DNA of 64,000 nt. Origin: Selaginella moellendorffii (taxonomy: Eukaryota; Plantae; Lycopodiophyta). Location of the stretch: assembly GCF_000143415.4 (NCBI RefSeq), contig NW_003314261.1, positions 4,986,360 to 5,050,359 on the forward strand. Reading direction: 5' to 3'. Of the stretch, positions 1 through 11,435 are shown in pieces. Within the stretch, counting starts at the first letter, position 1. Each line of letters opens with the position of its first letter. Below the pieces are notes generated by a model. That model saw only the letters and a list, made by a program, of their open reading frames with translations, made no database searches and was not told the DNA's origin. Position numbers and translations under genes: made by a program.

Positions 1-153
1 GAGTGCCTCGACTCTCATACAAACTGTCACGTCCACGCCATTTTCATCCGCGGGCGGGAACAAGTAGAGCATGAATTCGTTCAGGTCATTCGTCCCGAAA
101 GTCACCCCGACCGGCCCAAAGTCACACTCGAACATGGGGTCCCGGGCTTGCGC
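1..153 (-). pseudogene. Truncated duplicate of the BAHD acyltransferase C-terminus
   Basis: 1-140 is nearly identical to about 698-846, with a deletion through the DFGFG motif. 141-153 resembles 879-891 after a second deletion. The copy runs off the left edge of the window. Confidence 0.8.
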
Positions 154-154
154 G

Positions 155-526
155 CCATTATTCTTCTTTTGGTGAACTCCACGATAAGTTTCTTCGAAGA
201 AAACAATGCCGGAAACGCTGCGGCTGCTTTGATGGCACGGTTGGCTCCTCAGTGCAAGGTCTGCTAGGGACTTGCTTTGTCCCAAGGATTGTCACTCGTG
301 CATGCGCAGGCTCTAAGGGACGGGAAATGGAAAGAAATGGAAGCGAAGTTCTTCACTCCTGGTGACATCATAGCCATAAAGCTTGGAGACATCATCCCTG
401 CACATCCTCGCCTGCTCGAAGGAGACTCCTTGAAGATTGATCAGGTTTTGGTCGCTTACGTGAAAGTTGCGATTATCCCCTGACGATTTGTTTCACTGTG
501 ATTAGTCTGCTTTAACTGGCGAGTCA
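155..526 (+). pseudogene. Plasma-membrane P3A H+-ATPase (AHA) gene fragment with two introns
   Basis: Three exons joined by GT-AG introns read [34 protein letters not shown] / [45 protein letters not shown] / SALTGES. No start codon, and homology stops after TGES. Confidence 0.85.
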
Positions 527-682
527 AATTTTCAAAGTCTTCGCAAGGGAAACAAAGAGATCATGAAGAATTATTGGCGAAACAAATCCAACCTCCAGCC
601 CAAACGAAGAATTGATCGACAACTGAGAAAAAACAATCAAGAGCTCGCGCATTGCGAGCACAAGAAGATGAAGAGCTGAGAC

Positions 683-2063
683 TCACACGAACTTGTCGAG
701 CGCCTCGACTCTCATACAAACTGTCACGTCCATGCCATTCCCATCCGCGGCCGGGAACAAGTAGAGCTTGGAATCGTTCAGGTCGTTCGTCCCGAAAGTC
801 ACCCCGACCGGCCTCCCAAATCCAAAGTCACACTCGAAAATGGGGTGGCGCGGCGAGCTCACCACCAGCACCGACTGCCCCGGCTTGTGCGGTGGAATCT
901 CGGCACCATTCCTCGCCAGCTCTTCCACAAACTTGTTGATCACCAGCACGGATCCCTCGACGTCGCGCAGTCCGGCAATCCCTTCGTGGATCGCCCGAGC
1001 AGCGTTGCAAATCCCCCCACCACCAAGGAGCTCGCAAACATTGGCGCGGACTCGGGTGCCGGTGATCGCGTTTCCAAAGTAGGAGTCCGGCATGGATGCG
1101 ATCCTTCCCCGGCAGTTGACCAGGATCACGAAGTAGCATTCGTCGGCGTTGAGAATCCCCGCCTCCACCGCCGACGCCACCATCCTCCGCCAGTAGTCCG
1201 CGCACACGAGCTCGAAGGTGCTGAAGCTCGGGAGAGAGGTCTTCAAGGCTCGGATGGCTTCTCGTGTGGCTTTGAATTTCTTGACGCCGAGCTTTGGCTT
1301 GATGGTGTTCTTGGTGGCCATGCCGAGTGCGAAGCCGCCCATTCGCGCCGCTTCTTCTAGTTGCCGCTCCGAGAGCATGGGAGACTTGTATGCATAGCAA
1401 GAAACTCGCGGGAGCGGTGAGGTTCCTCCGCTCCTCGCGCGCTCGGCCCACGACTTCATGAAGTTCCAGGCGCTCACGCCGTCCATGGTTTGGTGGCTAA
1501 ACGCGATTCCAAGGCTTATGCCTCCACAGCCAAATCTCGTCACCTATATAGACGTGGAACTCAAGATCTCCACGAAGAAAGAAGGAAGAAGATGATAGAA
1601 CATTTACCTGGACGAAGAGCAATGGCAGCTTTGGATCCCACGGGTACTTTGGAGAGCATCCAATCTCCACCAGCGAGTCGCAAAACTCGCTGGGCTCGAA
1701 GCCGCCCAGATCCTCCAGCCGCGCAGCCGTCTGTGCCTCTGCAAACCGGACGCTCGTCTCGCCCGAGCAATCGATCCAGAGGCCGCTACTAAGATCTTGA
1801 TCGACCACCATGCGGCCACACAGCGGCCGGAAACTCACCAGCACCCATCGCAAGCTCTCCTCGAGCGCCGTCACCAGCGCCGCGAAATCCATCCTAGAAT
1901 CGCCGCGCTCGAAGAAGAGTATCCTCTTCTGGTAGAGAGCGATTCTCATCATGCCATCGAAGGGCGTGAGCTCGTAGCGCGTAGGAGGATCAATGTCGCT
2001 GGCAGCAGCGGCTGGTTGGATGAACCGGCTGCGAAGGAGCTGCACGGATTCGAGCTGCACCAT
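683..2063 (-). CDS. BAHD acyltransferase (2 exons: 2063-1608, 1543-683; about 438 aa)
   Basis: HQTMDG matches HxxxD and DFGFG matches DFGWG. The intron is at the conserved Q|VTRFGCGG position. N-terminus has YELTPFD and FRPLCGR. Confidence 0.93.
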
Positions 2064-2296
2064 CGCTCGATCGAGTGCACAAGAAACACGAAAGATGGGA
2101 TTATCCAGGTCTAGCTTTTTCTCACATCTCGCCAGCAGGGATTCCACAAAGCTAACAGTACGCCGCGAAGAAGACAAGAAATCGCTGGCACGTAGCATGG
2201 GAGTCTATTTCTTGGGAAGACGATACAAAGCTCTTCGGGAAGATCTAGAAACAAACGAACATTCTATATAGATGGATTGACCAATCAAGAACTTGG

Positions 2297-2788
2297 CTAG
2301 CTCCCAACGAGTGGCGGCTTCCAGGCGGCCACACCACGAGCGTTGTCGGAGGCCGGGTTGCTGCCCGAGGCTGGGACGTGGTGCCTGGCCCGAGCGGCCG
2401 GGGGTGGCGACTGGTAGGACGGATCAAACCCATCCGAGTAGCCGCCGCGGCGATCGCCGTTCGGGGGCTCGTAGTAGTCGGCACTGGTGTCCGCGGTCAT
2501 GGTCTCCGACCTCTGGAGCTGAGAGCTTGCTGACGATCGAGGAGCTGACCACGGATGATCATGATGAGCAAGCGATGGTAGTGGAGCTGGTGCTCCAGTA
2601 GCTCCGCGAGCCGAAGGTGGAACTTCGGGATGGGACTTAGCATCATCAAAAAGAAAATGGACTAAGCCACGATCGTCAAGATTCTGATGACGATCACCAT
2701 CTTGGATGGACGATTGAGTGGCCGTGGTAGGCGCGGCGATCAAGGAGAGGAGCAAGAGAGAGGCCATCAAAACGCTCGAAGAAGCCAT
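2297..2788 (-). CDS. Small secreted Pro/Ser/Ala-rich protein, putative peptide-hormone precursor (163 aa)
   Basis: Single exon, signal peptide MASSSVLMASLLLLSLIAAPTTA, no Cys, and a CLE-like RHHVPASGSNPASDN near the C-terminus. Confidence 0.6.
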   Translation of the reverse strand: MASSSVLMASLLLLSLIAAPTTATQSSIQDGDRHQNLDDRGLVHFLFDDAKSHPEVPPSARGATGAPAPLPSLAHHDHPWSAPRSSASSQLQRSETMTADTSADYYEPPNGDRRGGYSDGFDPSYQSPPPAARARHHVPASGSNPASDNARGVAAWKPPLVGS

Positions 2789-3259
2789 TGGAGCTGGATG
2801 AAGAAGACGATGGAAGCTTTGCAAGAGACCATGAAAACTCTTATAGCGCTTGAGCAACAAGAACGCAGAGGAATGAATGAGGAAGAAAGCGACGCGGCGC
2901 GACGCGACGACCAATCTCGCTCAGAGCATCTGTACAATGGAATGGGATGGAAGAAATCGCGTCACTCACAGCGCAGCACCGCAGCCAAAGAAGAAAGCAT
3001 ATCTCGGTCGAGCGCAATTAAATACCACATGCTTAGGTTAAAGGATGTACCGCGCGCATTTCTTCCAATTTATCAAATCTCGGGTTGTCCGAGAAACGCC
3101 CCGAGGCACGCAGCACGCTCATTCCTGACATCACGCTCGGACAAGACATTTCCAACAGCCCTCCCCTGTTTTTCGTTTTTCGGACAAAATTAGGGCTCCT
3201 CGGCAAGATTAGGGTTCTTCCGGAAATCGCGGGAAACTCTGTATTTAGGGTTCTTCAAA

Positions 3260-4521
3260 CTACGTCTTTGCCGCTTCCATGGCATTGCCGATGCGCTTGA
3301 GCCCGTCGCCAATGTCGGTGAGCGCGGCGATGAAGCTCTGGCCGAGGCGGACGTGCGCCTCTAGCCGCGCCCTGTCCTGCTCCAGCAGGTGCTGCTCAAT
3401 CTGGAGCCGCCGCTCGTCCAGCTTGAGCTGCTTCTTGGCCAGCGCCACGCTCGTCGCGTGCCGCGCGTTCCGCCCGCTCTCCGCGTCCACCAGCAGCTGC
3501 ACCACCCGGCTGTTGTTCTTGTGCATGATTAGTCCCAGGACCTCGGCCCTGGTGGAGGGGGAGGAGCTCGCACCGCCGCCACCATTCACCGGGCTCGTGG
3601 AGAAGCGCCGCTTCTTCACCCCGGGAACGTCGTCCAGCCCGTCCGAGTCGGCTCCATTCTTGGATCCTGGCACAAAAGCATCGCAAGTGAGTGAGTTCGC
3701 TCGATCGAAACTCTCGAAAACGGAAGAGATGCAAGCACTTCCCCTCCCGAGAGAGACTCCAAGTCCCCATCTCTTCCAGAAAGCTAGCGTGAGATCAAAC
3801 GATGCAATGCAAAATGCAGGGAGAAAGATGACGCTAGAGGGCGTCGAGAAAGAACTTCCCGGGAAGGAAGAGCTCACTCCAAGTTCCCATCTCGCCCAGA
3901 AAGCTAGCGTGAGACCAAACGATGCAATGCAATGGAATGCAAGGAGGAAGAACAAGTTACCATCGTAGAGGGCGTGCGTCTGGAGAGAACTTCCCAGGAA
4001 GGAAGACTCCAATTCCCTTCCAGAAAGCTAGCGTGAGATCAAACCAAGAGAACGATGCAATGCGATGCAAGGAGGAAGATCAAGTTACCATCGTAGAGGG
4101 CGTCGGGGAGAGCGAGCGAGGTGGGGACGCAAATCCGGCTCTCGGCGGCCCTGTGCGCCTCGGACTTGGCGTGGGTGTTGAGCGCGCTCATCTGGATGGT
4201 GCTACACCCCTCCCGCGCGTACACATTGTCCATGTTGTAGTACGTGCACCACGTACACTTGAGCCGGAGCTCGCCCTCGCTGTTCTTGATGGGATACACC
4301 CACTTGTGCTTGGCCTTCCACTCCTGCCTCCACACCCTTCGCAGCTCCTTCTTCTTCGTCGACAATCCCCTCTCCCCTGACGATCCTGGCCTGGAGAATT
4401 CCACTACTCCTCCTCCCTCGTCGCTATTGTGATCCTCCTCTACCTCTGGATCGGCGGTGGCGTGCAAATCCCCGAGCTGGATGCGCGAGCTCGTTGCTTG
4501 CTCGTCCCAGGCATTGGTCAT
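3260..4521 (-). CDS. TTF-type zinc-finger protein with NLS and C-terminal coiled coil (exons 4521-4089, 3666-3260; 279 aa)
   Basis: WRQEWKAKHKW..LKCTWC..GC..ALNTHAKSEAH matches the hAT-associated TTF finger. Donor G|GTAAC and acceptor CCAG|GA join in frame (840 nt). Exon 2 has KKRR and a heptad-rich tail. Confidence 0.75.
3750..4105. repeat. Three degenerate tandem repeats of about 120 bp in the TTF-gene intron
   Basis: CCAGAAAGCTAGCGTGAGA(T/C)CAAAC recurs at about 3776, 3896 and 4020. CAAGTTACCATCGTAGAGGGCGT recurs at about 3953 and 4081. Confidence 0.85.
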
Positions 4522-5042
4522 CGCTCGGCCAGAAGGAAATCCCGGATCCTGCCACGAGGAATCATCGTCAGGGCGCCGAGATTTCGATAGAACAGGCGAG
4601 AAAGAAGAGGAATTCCCAAACCCTAGCTCAAGAAAGAAAGAACACGCACCGGTTGTGGCTCATGCCGCTGCCAGCGCCGCCACTCCCGCCGCGCTCACTC
4701 CTCCAGCGATGGCGCTAAAATCGATCGATCGTCTAGAATGCCACAAGAGCGATTACTTGGCCTATCTCCTTTTATCCGGTTTGAAAGTTTGTCATCACCA
4801 TTTGAGCGCTTCTTCTTCTTCGCCTTCTTCCAAGACGAATTCCAAGAGCAAAGAAAAGAAAAAAATGTAAACCAAGCGAGCGAGCAAGCGAGCAAGCAGA
4901 GCCTACCACTGTCCGGTTCGATCAATCGCCTCGACTTATTCTCTTGTCTCTCATTCTCTTCTCTCTTCTTATTCGAGCAGCGCAGCAGTCTTTGCAAAAT
5001 CTCTCCCAGGTTGTTCTTCGCGAGAATTTCTTTCTTCTGGTT

Positions 5043-6523
5043 TTACTTCGCTGCTTCCAGCGCCGCGGCACCGGAGATAATCTCGATAAGCTCTGTCGTG
5101 ATGGATGCTTGACGAGTTCTAGAGAAGTAAAAAAATGGAAGCTTAGAGAACCGATCGAAGCTTTTCCTGATCTCATACCTGTTGTATTTGAGCGTGAGCT
5201 TCTGGAGCATATCGGATGCGTTCTTGCTGGAGTTGTCCATGGCCGTCATGCGAGAGCTCTCCTCACTGGAGGCATTCTCCAACAGAGCGTTGAAAAGCAC
5301 CTAAAGAACACTTTGGTGAGAAAGACAAACCAGAAAGAACGTGAAGGCTTTTTCATACCGCAGCAAATTGGAACTCGCTAAGGTTTTGCAAAGCCTCTTC
5401 CTTGCTGTCTGGCCCTTCGATTTCGTAAAGATCTAGCTCGGAAGGTGTACCGGTCTCCGATGTTTTGATGGACTGAAGATCAAACCAAGTGAGCACGGAA
5501 ATCGTAAATTATACAACTTAACTCCCGGCGCCAAGATCGTGGTCACACTCGGGTAGAACTTCACCATGGAGGCGAACTTGTTGAATATCACCTTGATCGC
5601 ATCGTACTCCACATTCTTCAAGATCTCGTCCGCCATCACGGAGACCTGTAAAGCCCATAAAAATGCGAGGACACGCCTCTAGTAAACCTGCGAGGACAAC
5701 CAACCTGGGTGAAGTTTAGCGGGTACTTTACTAGCTCCGTGATATTTAGTGAGATGTATTGCTTCGAGTCACGCTGGATCTGGACCTTCCCCTTTTCCCC
5801 GAGAACAACAAACTTCGCGTCCTCGCCTGCAAAAAGACGACCAACTAAGGCCTGTAAACACAGGAAGAAAAGAGTTCTCACCCCCATTGTTTTTGGCGAC
5901 TTTGAGCATAGCTTTGCCAAACCGAACAACGGAAGAATTGATACCACCGCAAAGACCTCTGTCAGACGTGATGCACAGAAGAACAGTTTTTTTGGGGAAC
6001 GTATCTGCGATGAAAACAAAAGAACAAGTAAAGAAAGAAAGTAGCCGAAGGAAAAAGATGAGCATACCTGGAGCATCACCCAGCAAAGCTGTGAATGGCT
6101 GCCACACTCCACGCGATTTCTCTGCCCTGGCTTGCACTTGCCTCAACTTAGATGAAGCAACCATCTTCATCGCCTTTGTGATCTTCTGAATACTCTGGAC
6201 ACTCTTCATTCGGTTTCGTACTGACCAAAGAAAAGAAAAATTCATGGGCAACATGATCGAGAGAACAAAAAAATGCTAGACTTACAAACTTGAGTCGAAG
6301 CAAATCGAGCACCAGGGGGAGCAATGTCCCTGAGAGAAAAAGAAGCTCAAAACCATAAAAAAGGGGGCTGAAATTTCTCTCTCGCGAAAATGTACATAGC
6401 TCGAGCTTACCCCGGCGCGATCGCCATGCTCGATGAAGCTGGAGTAGCATTCGCGCCTGTGATTGATCCCCGCAAAAGGTCCGCCAAGCGAATCCCTGCT
6501 CGCCGGGCGCTTCGAGACGCCAT
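5043..6523 (-). CDS. ATP3: Mitochondrial ATP synthase F1 gamma subunit (multi-exon)
   Basis: [57 protein letters not shown] and [19 protein letters not shown]. Arg/Ser-rich presequence from ATG at 6523. Confidence 0.95.
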
Positions 6524-6602
6524 CGCTAGAAAACCTAGGCCCTACTAGAGATGCTGTGTAATATTCTCCCATTAAATACAAAATTGGCCTATGGTACATT
6601 GG

Positions 6603-9171
6603 CTATGTGTGAAATGGCTTTGTGGCGACGAAGAGCCTCTCTTTGCCGAGAACTCCTCCTTCCGTGGTTAAAACCTCGGTCGTCCACTGCAATGCGTATG
6701 CGATCTTGGAAATCTTTTCCACCATCTTGGTCGTGTCGCGGACGAGAATTGTGCCTTGTGGCCGGAGAATTCGATCCATCTCCAGCATCACGTCCACCAA
6801 GCTACAGCTGAAATCCAGGAAAGAAAAATTGAGATCCAGGAAGTGCAGAAAAAACGTTTTTTCTTCACCTCGTAGACGCTTGTGTTGTGAAAGATTGCAT
6901 GTTTGAGACGTGAATGAAGTCGTAAGTTCGTGGATACGTCGAGAATGCTTCACACCTGCGAGGAAGTAAAATGAGAAAGAGAAAACTTAGCTGAGGATCG
7001 CGTACCAGTCGTGTAGAACTCCAATGAGACCTCTGTCGAAGATCACGGGTAGAGTGTTCGGAGCAGTGACTGGAACGACGTTCATGACCCACACCGGATC
7101 GTGGTAAAGAGCAGCAGCAAAGCCTCCATAGCCCGCATTCATGTCTAAGATGTTCCTGTAGCGAGGAGAGCCAAGCTTGAGCAGCACCACTTCCTTGTAG
7201 TGTCTAACTCTCTGGCTCCACCTTCGCGAGTCTCTCTCGAAGACGCTGGCCTCTCCAAACTTGTGAAACCTTCTTGGCGTCTCCTGCAATCGCTTCGGCC
7301 ACTCCGGAAGCTTTCCGCCGGCTCGCGAATCGCTTGGTCTCGAGTCGGGAAGTCTCGACAAACACTTGTCTAAAGGAGAATACCTGCGGAGTGAAAAAAC
7401 AAGACAAGTAGTTCATGTCAAGCTTTACCATGAATTGTCAAGAAAAAGCTCTTACCATGCGGCATTTGGATCGTGGTCTGTGTCACAGAGTGCCGGTTCT
7501 TCGTCTTCTCGGTCCACGTAACACGTATGGTTGAGTGCTTTTTGCCAGATTGCTATGTTGTTTTCTACAGCCACCTGCGTGTAACACATCCTCTCGATCA
7601 GCTCTTGAAGCTCCTGCCATTCTGCCTCTTGCTTCTTCCAGCCGACTGGAGGTCCAGATAGCACGAAAAAACCACCAGGTCGCAAGAGGCGATCCATCTC
7701 GATCATGTAAGATCCATCTAGAAACAAAAAAAAAAAAAAAACGCACCACCATTATCAGCTGGAAAAATGAAGCAAGTGTCTTACTGTAGGCGCTGAAGTG
7801 GATCAAGCAGCGAGAGCAATGCACCAAATCGTAGGAGAACGCAGGAAAAGGTAACTTTTGAGTTCCCAGCATTGCAACGAAGGCAGGAATTCCTCGTTCT
7901 AAAGCAAACTGGATCTGTGCTTTGTGTGAGTCTCTCGGAGCAAAAGACATCGTAAGCACATCCTTGCGAAGCATGTAAGCACCAAAGCTCGCAACCTGGC
8001 AAAGAAGAACGTCGATGCATTTAGAAATGGCGTAAAACTTCTTCTACTACTCACTCCACAGCCGGCGTCCAGTGCTGTTCGAATCTGTCCGTCACTCAGA
8101 GGGATGTACTGCTCCAGCTTCTCAATGTACTGCCAGGCACCCTCTGGAAACATTGTGCCGCCACCTGGGAAGATAAAATACTCGCCCTCCTTCTTCATCC
8201 AGCCTTGATGGCCTTTTCTTTCTGCGATTTTCCCGTAAGGCATGTTGCTGTACCACACCTTCATTCAAGACGTGAAAGACTTCAGAAGCGTTAAGCAATG
8301 TAAAATCAATGCGAACTTCCAAGGAGCAAAGATGAAAACTTCTTGAAACACAAGAAAAATGCTCTTGAAACTGTCTTCAAAGAAAGGATTTACGTAAACT
8401 TGCAGTGCGAAACACGAAGAACTCCACCCAACGTACAAGATCATTCCATGAAGAACAAAAAAAAAAACACCTGGATCTTTAGAAGCGTTAGCAAATGCAA
8501 AATCAATGAGAACTTGCAAGGAATTGGGACACAACATTTTTTTTATAGGAACTGGCTTTCACGAAAGAATTTTCGTAAAGATGCAAAGCGAAAGCATGAT
8601 CTCTAAACACAGAAAAAAAACTACACGAAGAACTTACAAGATCATACTATACAAACAGGAAGAACAAACAAAACCACCTGGATCTATCCATGCATGGAAG
8701 AAGGATAGAAAGGTAAAACAAAGGAGTTGATTGGAGTAGTACCTTATTTAAGCTATCTGGCCATGGAACTGGTACCTTATAACCCCGAGGCGATGGAATG
8801 CGACAAAGAAGCCTCTCATTCTCTGGCGGACAATGCCTCTCCCTGTAGCGATTTCTCTCCCGGCTGATCTGCGAGGACCTCTTTGGATCCTGGCAAGGCA
8901 TGTAATCCGCCAGGCCAGGAGCGCACAATTCCACTCGCTGGCCCTTCTCAATCAGCTTGACGAGCCTCTGCCTGCCGCTGGGACGAATCTCCATCGCCAG
9001 AGGCGAATCGAGAGACTTTAGACCTGATGCCGCCATGGAATCCCCCAGGGGAGTGAAGAGGAGGAGGAAGAAGATGAAAACCCCAGCGAACAAGAACACC
9101 ATCACCATATCCAGGAGCTTCCATTGCCGTCCACCGGCGCTGCGCTGCTTTGGAGGGGATGGAATGCTCAT
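6603..9171 (-). CDS. DUF248 SAM-dependent methyltransferase, QUASIMODO3/PMT13-like (putative pectin methyltransferase)
   Basis: [78 protein letters not shown] and [10 protein letters not shown]. The start codon is approximate. Confidence 0.93.
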
Positions 9172-9373
9172 ACCTAGCGGCTGGATTGGATCAGGCGTGG
9201 ATTTCACCGCTTCCCCTGGCCAGCATTCGAATCCGGAGCCTCGAGTGTGACATAGATTCTAGCTCTAGGAGCCGTGCGATGCGAGTCCATGTCCAACGGC
9301 TCAGATAGACTGCCCGCGGAAGAGAATCGAGCCGTGGAAAAGAGCGCGGGAATTTTGCCTGGTGAAAGCCCTA

Positions 9374-10918
9374 ATGGCGGAGGAGCTCGGTGAGGAGGCG
9401 GCGGCAGCGTCGCCCCAGTGGCTACAAGATTATCAGGTATGCGCGAGCTGTGCGTAAGGCGTTCTTAGTGATTCTTTGTTTCAGGGTCCCGATATGATCG
9501 TTCTATCTCCGTCTCCTTCTCCATCGCCGGAACGAGACATTGGGAATGAATCTAAGAGGAAAAGAGTTGCGCTTTCCGATTCCGACGAAGACGAGCAAGA
9601 AATATGTGAAGATGCCGCGACAGTAGAGGTATGGACTGATGTTCTGCGTTTTTTTTCATCAAGAGAAAGTTTTTTAGAAAGAAGAGGACGAGTCATGTCA
9701 CAAACGAGACATAGTTAATGGATCTAAGAGGAAAAGAGTTGAGCTTTCTGATTCCGACGAAGACGAGCATAAGCTAGAAATATGTGAAGATGCCGCGACA
9801 GAAGAGGTATGGACTGATGTTCTTCATTTTTTTCATCAGAAGAAAGTTTTTTTAGAAAGAAGAGGATGAGTCATGTCACAAGAAGGAGGAAAATGGGGAA
9901 GAGCTAGCTGCCGACGACTCACACAAGCCTGAGAGCAGTAACAAAAAAACTAAACCAAAGGTATGGTTTTTCCTTCTTATCGGGACAGAAGTTCATCTCT
10001 TCATGTTTTATAGATGGCTTCCTCATTGCCCCTTGTCTTTCCCGAGAAGATTTCACGGAGTAAGGTACGTAAGCATTGTTTTCGTCTACGCAGCTAATGT
10101 ATGTTAGAGTTGCAGGTGCTTCTAGAATGTGAAGGAGACGACCTGGACGTGAGCGGGGACATTGGAGCAGTGGGACGAGTTTCCGTCTGTGAAACGGACA
10201 ACTCGAAAGTTTTGCTTGATCTCAAAGGTAAGCAAGGTGTGTCTAATTTAAGAGCTGACACAACGAAAAGCTTCTTTGCAGGCACTATTTACAGGACCAA
10301 CATTGTTGCATCGAACACGTTCTTTTTGGTACAAACACTTTTCCACGTTTACGCCTCTAACAACAGATCTTTCAGGTTAACATCGGGCCTTCTGAAGCAA
10401 AGGTATCACATACAATTTTCCTGCATCTGTATAACTAGATGTTTTTTTATTACAGGTAGAAGCCTTAATGAACGACTTTGTGCAGTTGCTGCCCGATGCA
10501 GGCAACAAAAATGTTGAAAATATGATTGAAGGTAATCGTCAGTTTTTAAAGAAAAGTATCAAGTCATGTTTCTTGAATTGCCCAGGTACCTTGGAAGGAA
10601 TTACCTTCGACTCAGAAGATGAGGGCATGGATGTTGCAGCAGCTTCTGCTGCAGCACTTAAAAAAGTGGAAGCCGATACAAAGGAAAAGACCGGCAAGGT
10701 GAGTAATTGTGTACGATTCAACATCCACTCATGCACTTCTTTACAGGCTTCCAAAATCGTGAAGAGAGCGGCAAAACCAAAAGACAACAAGCCAAAGGTA
10801 CGATTATGACTTCGTTATGCTATGCGTAAACAACGTTTTCTCTATGCAGACAGCCAAGAAGCCTGCTAAGCGCAGCGGTGCAAAGGCAACCAAAAGAGCG
10901 ACCAAAAAGTCGAAATAG
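9374..10918 (+). CDS. BIN4: BIN4/MIDGET, DNA topoisomerase VI accessory subunit
   Basis: LPLVFPEKISRSK|VLLECEGDDLDVSGDIGAVGRV..LLDLKG|TIYRTNIV..|VEALMNDFVQL..MIEG|TLEGITFDSEDE, followed by a basic C-terminal tail. Confidence 0.9.
9546..9880 (+). repeat. Intragenic tandem duplication (unit about 178 bp) of an exon-intron-exon segment in BIN4
   Basis: Two near-identical 49-nt introns (9629-9677 and 9807-9855) flank a 129-nt in-frame exon. Confidence 0.9.
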
Positions 10919-11435
10919 CTAGACGCTCAAAGGCAGGATTCGCATTAATTATAGGTAGGTGGAGCGGTGGTTCATACTCTATAGTAGTACGGCAATTTGG
11001 TTCGTCAGGTTGGTGCTCATGCTTCAATGATGATGAGCCACAACACTCCAGGTGATAAAGAATGCCTCTCGTCTTTCCGGGGAAAGTAAGCATGACAAGG
11101 CAGGCATCTCAAGCGTATGACAGGGGGCTTCTTGAGGAGTGTTCTGGGGGGTTCTGCTAGAAGATGATAAGAGTAGGAAGCAGGACAAGACAGTGCTGTA
11201 TGATGTGCACGGGATACAAGTAGAGTGTGATGACATATGACAGTAGTGTGTGCTCCGGAACAGTGGTACAGACACAGGCCGTTAAGCACTGCCTCGGCAC
11301 AAGGCCAAGGCTTTGGAGTTCGTCTGTCGTGTTGCTACTTCACGCAACCTCGGTTGGATCACTGACTTTTGACATCAGTAGTGGCAAAATTCATCATCGT
11401 AGCATGCAAATAGCGCTCGCCAGGGATTCGGTGCC

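Noticed and set aside
768-2114. Long + strand ORFs over the BAHD gene, and similar ORFs over the FAO, F-box and TTF genes
   Set aside because: Antisense or alternate-frame shadows of GC-rich coding sequence, with no recognisable motifs.
4709-4870. 53-aa + strand ORF MALKSIDRLECHK...
   Set aside because: No recognisable family. It lies between the ATP3 3' end and the TTF-gene promoter and has a low-complexity tail.
11027-11240. ATGATGA/GTGATGA boxes suggesting C/D snoRNAs
   Set aside because: No suitably placed CTGA D box, terminal stem or rRNA guide was found.
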